Shown piece after piece: positions 9,282 to 18,899 of a stretch of 64,000 nt of DNA (the first letter of the stretch is position 1; each line of letters starts with the position of its first letter). Below the pieces are notes generated by a model. The model saw only the letters and a program-made list of their open reading frames with translations. It was not told where the DNA came from and made no database searches. The position numbers and the translations under genes were made by a program. Origin of the DNA: a virus (taxonomy: Duplodnaviria; Caudoviricetes); the IMG/VR virus record IMGVR_UViG_3300014656_000001, positions 1 to 64,000 of that record; one strand, 5' to 3'.

Positions 9282-9875
9282 ATGATGGGTAAATATCAGT
9301 ATGTATACAAAAATACGCCGTTTGATAAATTTCATGAAATGTTGAACTGTGATTGCGGGGAGTGTTCTAAAGTATTGGATGAAAACATCGGGCCATTGCC
9401 ACCACTTCCAATCACAAATCAATTTACAGAACCTACATTACAGTGGATTAAAACAAAAAGTAATGTACCTCTTATCTGGGCAGAAAAAATGTATGAGATT
9501 TTTCAGGACGTTTTCCATGCTTGGGATATTAGTGGTTGTTATCATGATATTAAATTACGTATTGTTATTCACTGCGCTAAACGTTGCTGGAATAAAAATG
9601 AGAAACTTCGTAAACAAGAAAAGAAAAAATCACCACCGCTTAATAAACCAGCACAACATCCATTTATTGCAATTGATATGCACATGGAATACCAAGATTT
9701 ATATATTGTAGAAAACCCTGTATGGAAACTAATTTCTATCGAACGAATGATTGAACTGGTCGAATCTAATCACTATATGAGAACAAAAGGGGGAATAGGT
9801 AAATATCCACATTGGAATGATCCAGGTATCCATATTGACCTTGGAATTAACAGAGAAGGGAAAAGAAGATGGTGA
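9282..9875 (+). CDS. probable peptidase M15-family endolysin
   Basis: RC..N..., QH..IAID, GGIGKY...GIHIDL...RW pattern typical of Peptidase_M15_3; the H-D spacing is one residue shorter than canonical. Confidence 0.6.
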   Translation: MMGKYQYVYKNTPFDKFHEMLNCDCGECSKVLDENIGPLPPLPITNQFTEPTLQWIKTKSNVPLIWAEKMYEIFQDVFHAWDISGCYHDIKLRIVIHCAKRCWNKNEKLRKQEKKKSPPLNKPAQHPFIAIDMHMEYQDLYIVENPVWKLISIERMIELVESNHYMRTKGGIGKYPHWNDPGIHIDLGINREGKRRW

Positions 9876-9878
9876 GGA

Positions 9879-9923
9879 AACGGGGGATGCCGAGGAGAAG
9901 AGCAAGAGTTAGCACCCCCCGTT
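9879..9923. terminator. stem-loop between convergent transcription units
   Basis: aacgggggatgc...gcaccccccgtt inverted repeat. Confidence 0.5.
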
Positions 9924-9937
9924 GTGAGATATGAATC

Positions 9938-10285
9938 TCACGTGGTCTTTTTTGTAAACAATAATTTCATAACATCTTCTTTATTCTTGATGCCCTTGTG
10001 ACCACTTCCCAAGCCAGCAAGAGCACTGCCATAGAAGTAGAAGTCATTTACCAGGGGGGTTATCCATGTATGTACTTGGACACTAACCCCCCAATTTTCT
10101 ACTTCCCTGTCAATTGCATACCCCAATGCCACCAAGACAGCTCCTATCATGGTCTTTCTGCCGTCCAGGAACGCCCATAGAGCGTCAAAAAGCCAGAACA
10201 CCCTGTCTGCTACACCCCTGCCAAACAAAACACCACTAGAGACTGTTTCCGTGGTTTTGTTTTTCACTTCTGTAGTTCCTTCCAT
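9938..10285 (-). CDS. holin-like membrane protein
   Basis: Hydrophobic helices, LDGRKTMIGAVL motif, basic C-terminus, last gene of the late operon. Confidence 0.5.
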   Translation of the reverse strand: MEGTTEVKNKTTETVSSGVLFGRGVADRVFWLFDALWAFLDGRKTMIGAVLVALGYAIDREVENWGVSVQVHTWITPLVNDFYFYGSALAGLGSGHKGIKNKEDVMKLLFTKKTT

Positions 10286-10737
10286 TATTGTCCCTCCTCC
10301 ACATGCTCCACCATTGCATCCCCACCCTGTACTGTTATGTTTCCAAATGGGTGTTCTGTGGGTTTGAATACCTTGGATAAAGCATCTTTGACTGGAACCC
10401 CCGAATTTCCACTAATAGCACGATTGATTATAATCACAGCCCCAGTGGCTCCCTCAATATGGATGGTAGACTTTGCAAGAATACCTCCACTTTTATAATT
10501 GAGAGTGATTGGAACGGGAACTCCTGATATTGGAAGGTTCATATCAGCGTCCAGTGCAGCTCCATCAACAGGCTCAATATTGTCAGTTCCCTGATCTCCA
10601 ATCACCAGCATAGAGAAATTTTTGATAACCAACTCGTCTGTCTTGTTGGTTGAAGCACATCCAACAAAAGATAACATCACGACTGCAATAGCTATTAACA
10701 ATAAAGCGAGTAAAACTTGGCGGTAATTCTTCATCAT
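10285..10737 (-). CDS. lipoprotein
   Basis: Signal peptide with lipobox FVGC. Confidence 0.65.
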   Translation of the reverse strand: MMKNYRQVLLALLLIAIAVVMLSFVGCASTNKTDELVIKNFSMLVIGDQGTDNIEPVDGAALDADMNLPISGVPVPITLNYKSGGILAKSTIHIEGATGAVIIINRAISGNSGVPVKDALSKVFKPTEHPFGNITVQGGDAMVEHVEEGQ

Positions 10738-10749
10738 TATTCTCCTTTT

Positions 10750-13392
10750 CTAATAATCTTCTCGTATCGCCCAATGCACTGTCACTCCATCAACCAGACC
10801 ATAAACTCGATTTGGTATTGGAGTCGGGCAGGGTGTACAACATCTTAAATATAAAGTTGTATTCAAAACATCATAACCAGCAATAGCATAGATATCTCCA
10901 GGTATTTTATATGCCTCTTCAACCAAAGGTACAAGATACTCAGTCGCGTCACTTACCGCTTTAGCAAAATAATACTTTGGAGTTGGGGATGCTGGAGGTA
11001 CTATTGTTGGCGTGGGTGTTGGTGCTATTGTCGGCGTATACGTAAACGTTGGTGTAAACGTAGGTGTATTTGTAGCAGTTGGAGGGACTGGTGTATTTGT
11101 AGCAGTTGGGGGGACTGGTGTATTTGTTGGTGTGGGCGTTGTTAATATAAGTTGATCTATAACCAAATTACCCCAAATAGTGCTAACAGATTCAGTTTTT
11201 AGATATACAACTCCATTATACACGTACTGATATTTTGGTTCTGGAAGTCCCCCTCCGGTCGAACCAACCATTTGTGTCCATACTCCTGTATAGTGATTCC
11301 ATGCCCAAGTATAACTACTATCAACCCACGTATAATTAGATGTTCGGAGATAATTTATCTCACTAACTGGAACTTCTGTATAAGTATAACTTGTACTCCA
11401 TGTTGTATACATCGGCGGACTGATATTTAAGTATAATGAATCTACAAAACGTGTGTTATACACTGTACCTGAAACAGAACCTGTAATTGGAGTCACTTCT
11501 TTTGCTTGCCACCAATACGGTGTTGGAGTATTTGTTGGTGTGGGTGTCGCTGTTGCTGTTGGGGTTGCGGTTGCTGTTGGTGTGGGTGTATATTCTGGGT
11601 CTATCAAATTGAACCACATCGTCATATAGTTATTTCCATAATTTGTCTCAGTCCATGCTGTTGCAAGAACTTGAAACTCTACGTAATAGATACCTGTAGG
11701 CAACCCATCAATATCTAATAAAATACGGGAATAACCGCCATCATCTAAATCCCAAGTACTTCCAGCAGATAATGGACTTAAGTTAATCTGAGAATCATTA
11801 TCCAACACATTTGATAAATGATCGTACAGCGTTATATTAATAATTGACCCCTCTCCGCCCGTTAAATTAATAGTCCCCACATTCTTACACTCTGCCCATA
11901 CTTCTATATAACCTATCGCATCATGAGTACTGCCATTTGTCCATTCATTTGCAGTCATCGCATTACAAGCAATATCTTTGGCTACAGGAGTCGCTGTTGG
12001 TGTAGGTGTATCATTAGGTGTTACTGTTGGTGTTGGTGTCACTGTTGCTGTATTTGTAGCAGTTGGAGGAACTGGTGTATTTGTAGGCGTGTTTGGAATT
12101 GGTGTATTTGTTACTGTTGGTGTCACAGGTGTATTTGTTGGCGTGGAAGGGTTTAATGTGGCTGTTGGTGTGTTTGTTGGTGCTTGTGTATTTGTTGCTG
12201 TTGGAGGGACTGGTGTTGGGGTACTGAATACCAAATTCGTTACAATCAAATTATCACCATTATCATGATCGAAATAATTATGAACGAACGTGCATTGATT
12301 AACTCCTGTATATGCAGAAAAATCATATTGCAAATACAGATACTCATAAGTATATTTATCTCCCGCATAAGGTAAATTAATAGTGGGAACAACAACAGTG
12401 CTTACAGTCACACCAGCAATTACAGCACTTACAGTCACATTAGAAAGATTTAATGCAGCTTGCCCGTTATTCTTAAATCCAACACCCCACGGTGATTCAG
12501 AACTTCCTGTATAGTCTTTGGACACCATAGCGGGATCACCATACATTCCATATAACTCAAGATTGATAGACTGTGTGGGAACTGGAGTTACCGAAGTTGG
12601 GGTTGCTGTAGGTGTAGGGCCACTTGTATATGTTGGCGTGTATGTCCATGTAGGTGTTCTTGTTGGCGTGTGTGTCCATGTAGGTGTATTCGTAGGTGGA
12701 ACTGGTGTGAACGTAGGTGTATTTGTTTTTGTTGCGGTTGGAGGAATGGGTGTTACTGTTGGTGTGGGTGTATCGGGTATAGGCGTTGGATCGTCTGGAG
12801 TTGGTGTTGCTCCAGTTGTCGCTGTAGGTGTTGGTGTGGTTACGGGCGTTGGTGTTGGTTCATTTCCACTATTCAGAAACACATAAGTCTCAGAAGAATA
12901 AATTGGGCCTTCATTATCTTCAGTCAAATACCAACGAAATTTTACTTGATCTCCTGAAGAAAATTCAGACACCGGGAAAGTAATAACACACCCCATCAAT
13001 TCTTCATATACTTGTGGGTAGGGAGTTGCTAGCGTAAAATTTTGAGATTTCTGTGTTTTCCACACACTCGAACAATGACCATTAACGTATACTTCAACAG
13101 TTAGATAATATAAATTCCCTGCACCCCATCCAGTCGTATCAATAACAACATACACCCCTGTAAATATACTCCACGAACTTTCACCATTCAAATAATCAAT
13201 CGCTCCATTAGCATACCCATCATTATACCCTGGAGACGTATCAATTCCCCCGCTTATGGTAAGGCAGTTATGACTACTCGATACAGCATCGCTTGAATCT
13301 GCCAAAAAGGGGAAACTCAAAGATTTATATCCGGCAAATCCATTTGAGCAAACAAATAAACAAAGAAAAATACAAAGTAAATTACGGAGCAT
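10750..13392 (-). CDS. secreted Pro/Thr-linker multidomain protein with Ig/CARDB-like domains
   Basis: Signal peptide (…SNGFA/G), four long TPTPT tracts separating beta-rich domains, KNVG...ETNYGNN CARDB-like pattern. Confidence 0.75.
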   Translation of the reverse strand: MLRNLLCIFLCLFVCSNGFAGYKSLSFPFLADSSDAVSSSHNCLTISGGIDTSPGYNDGYANGAIDYLNGESSWSIFTGVYVVIDTTGWGAGNLYYLTVEVYVNGHCSSVWKTQKSQNFTLATPYPQVYEELMGCVITFPVSEFSSGDQVKFRWYLTEDNEGPIYSSETYVFLNSGNEPTPTPVTTPTPTATTGATPTPDDPTPIPDTPTPTVTPIPPTATKTNTPTFTPVPPTNTPTWTHTPTRTPTWTYTPTYTSGPTPTATPTSVTPVPTQSINLELYGMYGDPAMVSKDYTGSSESPWGVGFKNNGQAALNLSNVTVSAVIAGVTVSTVVVPTINLPYAGDKYTYEYLYLQYDFSAYTGVNQCTFVHNYFDHDNGDNLIVTNLVFSTPTPVPPTATNTQAPTNTPTATLNPSTPTNTPVTPTVTNTPIPNTPTNTPVPPTATNTATVTPTPTVTPNDTPTPTATPVAKDIACNAMTANEWTNGSTHDAIGYIEVWAECKNVGTINLTGGEGSIINITLYDHLSNVLDNDSQINLSPLSAGSTWDLDDGGYSRILLDIDGLPTGIYYVEFQVLATAWTETNYGNNYMTMWFNLIDPEYTPTPTATATPTATATPTPTNTPTPYWWQAKEVTPITGSVSGTVYNTRFVDSLYLNISPPMYTTWSTSYTYTEVPVSEINYLRTSNYTWVDSSYTWAWNHYTGVWTQMVGSTGGGLPEPKYQYVYNGVVYLKTESVSTIWGNLVIDQLILTTPTPTNTPVPPTATNTPVPPTATNTPTFTPTFTYTPTIAPTPTPTIVPPASPTPKYYFAKAVSDATEYLVPLVEEAYKIPGDIYAIAGYDVLNTTLYLRCCTPCPTPIPNRVYGLVDGVTVHWAIREDY

Positions 13393-14227
13393 AAAGCACC
13401 CATGTACCTTCTGCCAATCCAGTCAATGTAGACTTGGCATTTAATTGGAACCCGTCGAGATTAGTGATTATGCGTCCCCCCATATCCAAATCTCCCGTCA
13501 TGGCTATCGAACCATCCAGAGGGAGCCACACAGGCACCACATCTAATGTATCACCATCCCAATCTATATAATCCCCTGCTGTGATCGCAGTGCTTGGATT
13601 GTTTGTGATATCTGTCCAAGACATACTCACATTCAATGTGTTACCCGCCCAATCAATATAATCACCAGCCGTAATCACATCGCTTGGATTTCCCGTTAAT
13701 TCTGTATAAGCAAAACTAATCCCTGTAAGATTTGAGCCATCCCCATAAAAAGAACCTTCTATATACAAGTCCCCCGTATCCCCGTTCAACCGCATAGCAT
13801 CATCATTTGTATCACTATGCCACTTATGCCACAAATCAGAAGTGTAATCCAAATCGAATGAAGATATACCTATCTTATAAGCCGTACTATAGAATCTCAA
13901 TCGATCTCCAATATAATCATCGAACTCCACAACAGTTGCCATGGAGATAATAGCATTAGCTAGAGGCTCAAGCCGTAAATTATCTTGTGACTGTATCTTT
14001 GCCAGATTGTCTTCTACTTTAATAATAATCAAAGTAGTGGCATTTACAATCAAAGAACCACTAGCTGACAGCTTCCATGCCGTGCTAATTTCGGGAAACA
14101 CACCCACTGGGGTGTTAAATTCTGTTTGACTATGTGCTGTTTGGAACGTAATAATAATCAAACACACACTCAGCAGTATTGGGTAAAGTGCGGGAATCTG
14201 TGAGAGTAACTTTCGTTTTGTCATCAT
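13382..14227 (-). CDS. tail-fibre-like protein with N-terminal signal-like segment
   Basis: Tandem repeat YTELTGNPSDVITAGDYIDW / WTDITNNPSTAITAGDYIDW and LPLDGSIAMTGDLDMGG fibre motif; GGTG RBS 7 nt before the ATG at 14227. Confidence 0.65.
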   Translation of the reverse strand: MMTKRKLLSQIPALYPILLSVCLIIITFQTAHSQTEFNTPVGVFPEISTAWKLSASGSLIVNATTLIIIKVEDNLAKIQSQDNLRLEPLANAIISMATVVEFDDYIGDRLRFYSTAYKIGISSFDLDYTSDLWHKWHSDTNDDAMRLNGDTGDLYIEGSFYGDGSNLTGISFAYTELTGNPSDVITAGDYIDWAGNTLNVSMSWTDITNNPSTAITAGDYIDWDGDTLDVVPVWLPLDGSIAMTGDLDMGGRIITNLDGFQLNAKSTLTGLAEGTWVLYAP

Positions 14228-14456
14228 TTTCATTCACCACTGTAAACCAAGATCGATTCTGAAGCCTTCCTGTAACCCACAGCTTATATGGATAGTCGAG
14301 ATTGCAATACACATCATTACCGTTTGTATCTTTCACATAGAAACTGCTGGAACCATCCCCTGTGAAAGCATACGACCCCGGACGATGGAGAGAAGTACCA
14401 CCACCAGGGGTTGTTGTTGTCAGTGCAAACACAGTTCGATATTCTTTAGTTGCCAT
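14130..14456 (-). CDS. hypothetical beta-rich virion-associated protein
   Basis: 108 aa, start abuts the upstream stop; 3' ~100 bp overlap the next gene. Confidence 0.55.
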   Translation of the reverse strand: MATKEYRTVFALTTTTPGGGTSLHRPGSYAFTGDGSSSFYVKDTNGNDVYCNLDYPYKLWVTGRLQNRSWFTVVNENDDKTKVTLTDSRTLPNTAECVFDYYYVPNST

Positions 14457-14818
14457 TATTTCATGTCCTGATCGACTAAAGCATTCAGTAACTCAATTGC
14501 CCGTTTCAGTCTATCTCCTTCAGGCAAATTACGATTGTTGATGTGAGACAAAAATGTACAAATTGTTATGTGTTTTGCTTTCTTGTCGTTTTGCAACTCA
14601 CGTATTTGAACGGCCATCATACGAAATGTATTTACCAATTTGACTGTTTCTGTGACATCCATTACGATTGGGGATATAGATTTCCCGTTTGCTATCTCCA
14701 CAAAGTTTTCAATTGTGGTACAAGATTTGATAACAGCGGGGGCTTCATCTTCTGATAAAGCAACTAACGAACTAAACACCAAAACAAATAATACAAACAA
14801 CATAAATGCTCTTCTCAT
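14456..14818 (-). CDS. signal-peptide-bearing hypothetical protein
   Basis: MRRAFMLFVLFVLVFSSLVALS; GGAG RBS. Confidence 0.6.
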   Translation of the reverse strand: MRRAFMLFVLFVLVFSSLVALSEDEAPAVIKSCTTIENFVEIANGKSISPIVMDVTETVKLVNTFRMMAVQIRELQNDKKAKHITICTFLSHINNRNLPEGDRLKRAIELLNALVDQDMK

Positions 14819-14849
14819 AATCTTTCTCCTGTTATTTATTATATTGATA

Positions 14850-15188
14850 TTACCCATTAAAAAAGTGCCTAAATAGTAACGTTATTACTATAGAGAACAC
14901 AGACACCGCGATAGTGGCGATTACACTATTCTTTGCAACCGTCTTTGTCATTTCTTTTAATTCCTTTTCGATCATTTCGTCTCTCCTTTTCAACTCTTTA
15001 TAATTATAATCCATCTCACTTTCTAATTTGTCCATTTGTTCTTTGTGGAAATTTCCACAGGTGCATCCACGCGCTTCAATATTATTCAGTCTGTTATATA
15101 TTCCCTGCCTCTCATTACGTATATGTTCAACCTCGTTCTTTAAGTTATCAATGGCTTCCCGTACTCCATTCGATGTTGGGGGCATCAT
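14850..15188 (-). CDS. coiled-coil protein with C-terminal TM helix (holin/XhlA-like)
   Basis: Heptads followed by VIATIAVSVFSIVITLLF. Confidence 0.55.
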   Translation of the reverse strand: MMPPTSNGVREAIDNLKNEVEHIRNERQGIYNRLNNIEARGCTCGNFHKEQMDKLESEMDYNYKELKRRDEMIEKELKEMTKTVAKNSVIATIAVSVFSIVITLLFRHFFNG

Positions 15189-15229
15189 CCATCTCCTGTA
15201 TTATCATCCACGATCTTCCAAACAAATTA

Positions 15230-18200
15230 TTAACGTCCTTCCAACTTCGCAACCCGCGCCAGCAGGTCAGCGACTTGATTCTCCAGGGCTTCGATTCGAG
15301 AGTTTACTTGCTGTGAAAACTTAACACCAACAGGCTTCCCAGCATCATTCTTAACTTGGAATGTGTCAGAGCAAAGTTCCGCAAGTGGCGAACGCTTCAC
15401 GGAGCGGTCAAGCCTGATATCAGTTAATGCCTCGGCTTCGGCTTCTTCCTTAGTTTTAATTGTAATTTCTTTTGTGCCCGATTCAATTACTTGGGCTGGT
15501 TTAGTGTATTTCCCGGTTGCTGTATCAAATTGAAGCCCTGCCTTTTTCCTGCGTTCCTGCCTGACTTTTAATTCTTTCTTTTGCTCTTGCGTGACAATTT
15601 TGATTGTCCCATCAGCAAGTTCTGTATACCTGGGTTTATCTAATGGAATCATAACCGGAACTTTAACAAGTTGAGTTGGTTCACTAATAGTCAACAATCC
15701 TAAATCATCTCCAGGCTCTGTTGTTGCCCCTTCGATACTTGGTGTGGATTCAAGAACTTTTGTTTCAAATACCTCTGATGTATCATTATTAAGCACTTTG
15801 ATTACTATTTCGATTTCTTCAAACACCGGCACAGTTTCTGTCACATCCGCAATTTCCCAAGCATCTTCTGGCTCAACAACCTCCGCCGGGATAGTAGATG
15901 TCACAGGCACAATGCGTGTTTCAGCCTTGGCTTCCTGCTTACGCTCCCACTCGACATAATCAAGGCTCAATCGCCAAGTATGATTCTTATTATCGGCTGG
16001 ATGCGAATCAATATAGGCTTGGACACCCTCAAGCGTTGTCAGCCACTTTTCACCGTCAAGAATCTCCTTGCGTGGGAAAGGTGAATCTGGATCACCTATA
16101 GCGTTGGAATGAGTATCGTAGTCATCGAAGATGGCATTTCCGCCACCGATTTTACCATAGGCTGGATACGTTGGGGTTACTCGCAGATAGTTTCCAACAT
16201 TGTTTACATAAAAAGTAAACAAATCATCGTAATGATTATATTCTACCATTCCTCGGTTTGGATCTAAATCACCCGTCGCAAAATACACTGCTCCAGCCAC
16301 CCCAGCTAGGCCTGTGCCTATAGTAATTCCTGCATTTGTATCATCCTCAAATACAGCGGTATCCGCATATATGGACGGAGTCACCAACCCGCTATCCCCC
16401 TCGGTGACGGTGAGTTTGACGAACACATCTACACTGTCATTGTCAATCGTCATTCGCTTATAATTCGCTTCAAACGTTGCATGTGATTGACCTTCTATTG
16501 CCGCCGCAGGGCCGGTATAAAATTCTAAGCCGTTATAATATGAAAATCCTATCGCTTGCCAGACATTGTAGGCAGAGGAATTATCTTTCCACCATGTATT
16601 ACTCGATTCATTCCATAATACAGGCTCATCCCTGCTTGCTTGTATAAAACCTTGCATATAATCATTCTCTAACTCCCGTGTAATAACTTTTAAGTAAGTT
16701 ACTCCAGCAGAGGTTGTCGCCTCCCTGATTCTTGGGCCGTATTCATTTGCATAAACATCAAAATCATATATTGTTGGAGCAATCCCAATCCCCACATCTC
16801 CCCCGAAGGTGGATGCGTGCGTACTATGATCCCAAGTCTGCATAACTGCTTCAACCGCTCCCGCATCAGTCAGTGATTTTAGGTAAGTGAAATCAGAATC
16901 ATTGATTAATTGACAGTATTTATCATCAGTACTTCCACCTGTATCTTTTAGTAGGATAAAAGCATTTACCGATCCTGTAATATTTAATAAAGGGCTGGTT
17001 CCAGTAATCCCCACATTTCCCCCGAAGGTGGCGCCGCCTCCATCTAATGTTAGGGTTGCTATCCCCTGATTTGCTGTTTCATTGTACGCCGCCGCTGTAT
17101 AAAAGATTATACTAGTAGCGTCTGGAAATCCCCAATTTCCACCGCCTAGATACAAGAATCTATCTGAACCATTATCCCAAGTTGAATAACCAGAGAAGGG
17201 AGCATTGGCTATTGTCCTTCTCGCACCAGTCATTACAGCACCTTTACTGGTAGCATCTGCGGCAGATTGTTGCAGTGTCAACGCATTATAATCTGCCTTC
17301 GTGATTTTCACATTTCCCCCGAAGGTGGCGTTGCCAGCACCAGTTAAAGTTAGCGGAATGTTTGGTGTTCCACTTACCTTTGTTCGAAAAATAATATCGT
17401 AATTATCATTATTTCCCAAATTATCTATATATAAGTCTGCATGAGAGTAGTCCCACCAGATATCTCCAGACTGAGAGGCACTATAGCCAACGCGCACTTT
17501 TGCATCGGTATCTTTTGCTATCGTCACATTTCCCCCGAAGGTGGCGTTCTGACTAGCATCTAAACGGAATGCTTCAGTTCCATTTGTACCAATCCTAAAT
17601 GGCCCATTTTCATAACCCCAAATCTGTAATCCTCCTGTATCCCACATACCTAAAACGACTCCATCAGAAGCCGTAGAGCCTAATCCGGTCTTTGTTAATC
17701 GTATTGATGGGTCTGTTGATTTGTTGATATGTATCTCATTCAGTGGAGTAATACCAATCCCCACATTCCCCCCAAAGGTGGCGTTGCCTGACGTATTTAT
17801 TGTTGCTGAATCAATACCACCTGTCGCGCTAAAGTTCTGCCCCGCCGCAGTGCCATACAATAAAGAAGTTGTGATGATCGAAGAAAGAGACAAGGGATCG
17901 GGCACAACAACACTCCCCCCTGAAGTAAGAGATGTTGTACCGCTTTCATTAGTAAAATATAATTCATTATCAGTCCCTCCATCTGAACCATTTGAAATCC
18001 AAAGGATTCCAGCATTCGTCCCCGTAAATCCAGAAGCATCACTGATAACAGGAGTTGATGTACTGTTATTTTCTGCCAAATGTAAACGTCCCCACTTTAT
18101 TAAAAAGTTAGCATACGATCCCACTTCAGGATATCGTAAAGCACTAGAACCGCCTGGAGGAGTATCTCTGGAATTCTGAACAACGAATTGAGGTAAATAA

Positions 18201-18868
18201 TATTCCGATGGAGTTACAGATTCCAATATAGCAATTCCAACTTCCCCCACATCGTAAATAAATCCCTTAAATTTACTTCCACCCCAAGGACTTCCTAAAG
18301 TATATCCATAATAATCAACCCCAGACCAATCGTCCATTATTTTATCATACCCAGCTTCAAAAGCAACACGTGTTCTATAATAATAAGGAATTGTCCAACT
18401 TGTAGTAACGTCATCATATACTACTCCTCTAGGAGAAGTTAAACGACTTCCTCCTGGATAAGGACCGTTTGGAACTAAATCATAATCTACCATTATTTCC
18501 ATTCCATCAAAGGGAGCTATATATGTCCAATGCCCATAACCCCCACCCTCATCTATTCGAATACCAACATAATCATCATAATCTTCCCATTCCCCTACAG
18601 CGTCATCAGGAATTATAAAAACATCACCATGAGTGGCGGCCCAAATAGAAGTAGCTGAAGCTATTTCAATTGGATCAGTAGCAAACATTGAAACAGCTTT
18701 TGCGATCATCAACGAATCTACTTTAGTCATCATGTCATTAAGTATTACATCCCCGCCATACATACCATATCCCAAATATTCAAAATCATATTTTGAAGTT
18801 TCTGTTTCGTCACAAAAAACAATGGGAGCCAGAGAAAACAAAACCACAACCAACAATACTTTTTTCAT
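15230..18868 (-). CDS. long tail fibre / receptor-binding protein with signal-like N-terminus
   Basis: Five ATFGG(N/D)V repeats, Gly/Thr-rich beta segments, C-terminal coiled coil (IEALENQVADLLARVAKLE); starts MKKVLLVVVLFSLAPIVFC. Confidence 0.75.
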   Translation of the reverse strand: MKKVLLVVVLFSLAPIVFCDETETSKYDFEYLGYGMYGGDVILNDMMTKVDSLMIAKAVSMFATDPIEIASATSIWAATHGDVFIIPDDAVGEWEDYDDYVGIRIDEGGGYGHWTYIAPFDGMEIMVDYDLVPNGPYPGGSRLTSPRGVVYDDVTTSWTIPYYYRTRVAFEAGYDKIMDDWSGVDYYGYTLGSPWGGSKFKGFIYDVGEVGIAILESVTPSEYYLPQFVVQNSRDTPPGGSSALRYPEVGSYANFLIKWGRLHLAENNSTSTPVISDASGFTGTNAGILWISNGSDGGTDNELYFTNESGTTSLTSGGSVVVPDPLSLSSIITTSLLYGTAAGQNFSATGGIDSATINTSGNATFGGNVGIGITPLNEIHINKSTDPSIRLTKTGLGSTASDGVVLGMWDTGGLQIWGYENGPFRIGTNGTEAFRLDASQNATFGGNVTIAKDTDAKVRVGYSASQSGDIWWDYSHADLYIDNLGNNDNYDIIFRTKVSGTPNIPLTLTGAGNATFGGNVKITKADYNALTLQQSAADATSKGAVMTGARRTIANAPFSGYSTWDNGSDRFLYLGGGNWGFPDATSIIFYTAAAYNETANQGIATLTLDGGGATFGGNVGITGTSPLLNITGSVNAFILLKDTGGSTDDKYCQLINDSDFTYLKSLTDAGAVEAVMQTWDHSTHASTFGGDVGIGIAPTIYDFDVYANEYGPRIREATTSAGVTYLKVITRELENDYMQGFIQASRDEPVLWNESSNTWWKDNSSAYNVWQAIGFSYYNGLEFYTGPAAAIEGQSHATFEANYKRMTIDNDSVDVFVKLTVTEGDSGLVTPSIYADTAVFEDDTNAGITIGTGLAGVAGAVYFATGDLDPNRGMVEYNHYDDLFTFYVNNVGNYLRVTPTYPAYGKIGGGNAIFDDYDTHSNAIGDPDSPFPRKEILDGEKWLTTLEGVQAYIDSHPADNKNHTWRLSLDYVEWERKQEAKAETRIVPVTSTIPAEVVEPEDAWEIADVTETVPVFEEIEIVIKVLNNDTSEVFETKVLESTPSIEGATTEPGDDLGLLTISEPTQLVKVPVMIPLDKPRYTELADGTIKIVTQEQKKELKVRQERRKKAGLQFDTATGKYTKPAQVIESGTKEITIKTKEEAEAEALTDIRLDRSVKRSPLAELCSDTFQVKNDAGKPVGVKFSQQVNSRIEALENQVADLLARVAKLEGR
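16793..17783 (-). repeat. five ~22-bp near-identical repeats encoding ATFGG(N/D)V
   Basis: cacat(t/c)tcccccgaaggtgg(cg) at 16793, 17012, 17309, 17525, with a variant at 17762. Confidence 0.9.
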
Positions 18869-18899
18869 AATCCTTCTCCTATATAGTGCCTATATCATA

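Noticed and set aside
11506-12957. + strand Val/Gly- or Cys/Trp-rich ORFs
   Set aside because: Antisense shadows of the Pro/Thr repeats.
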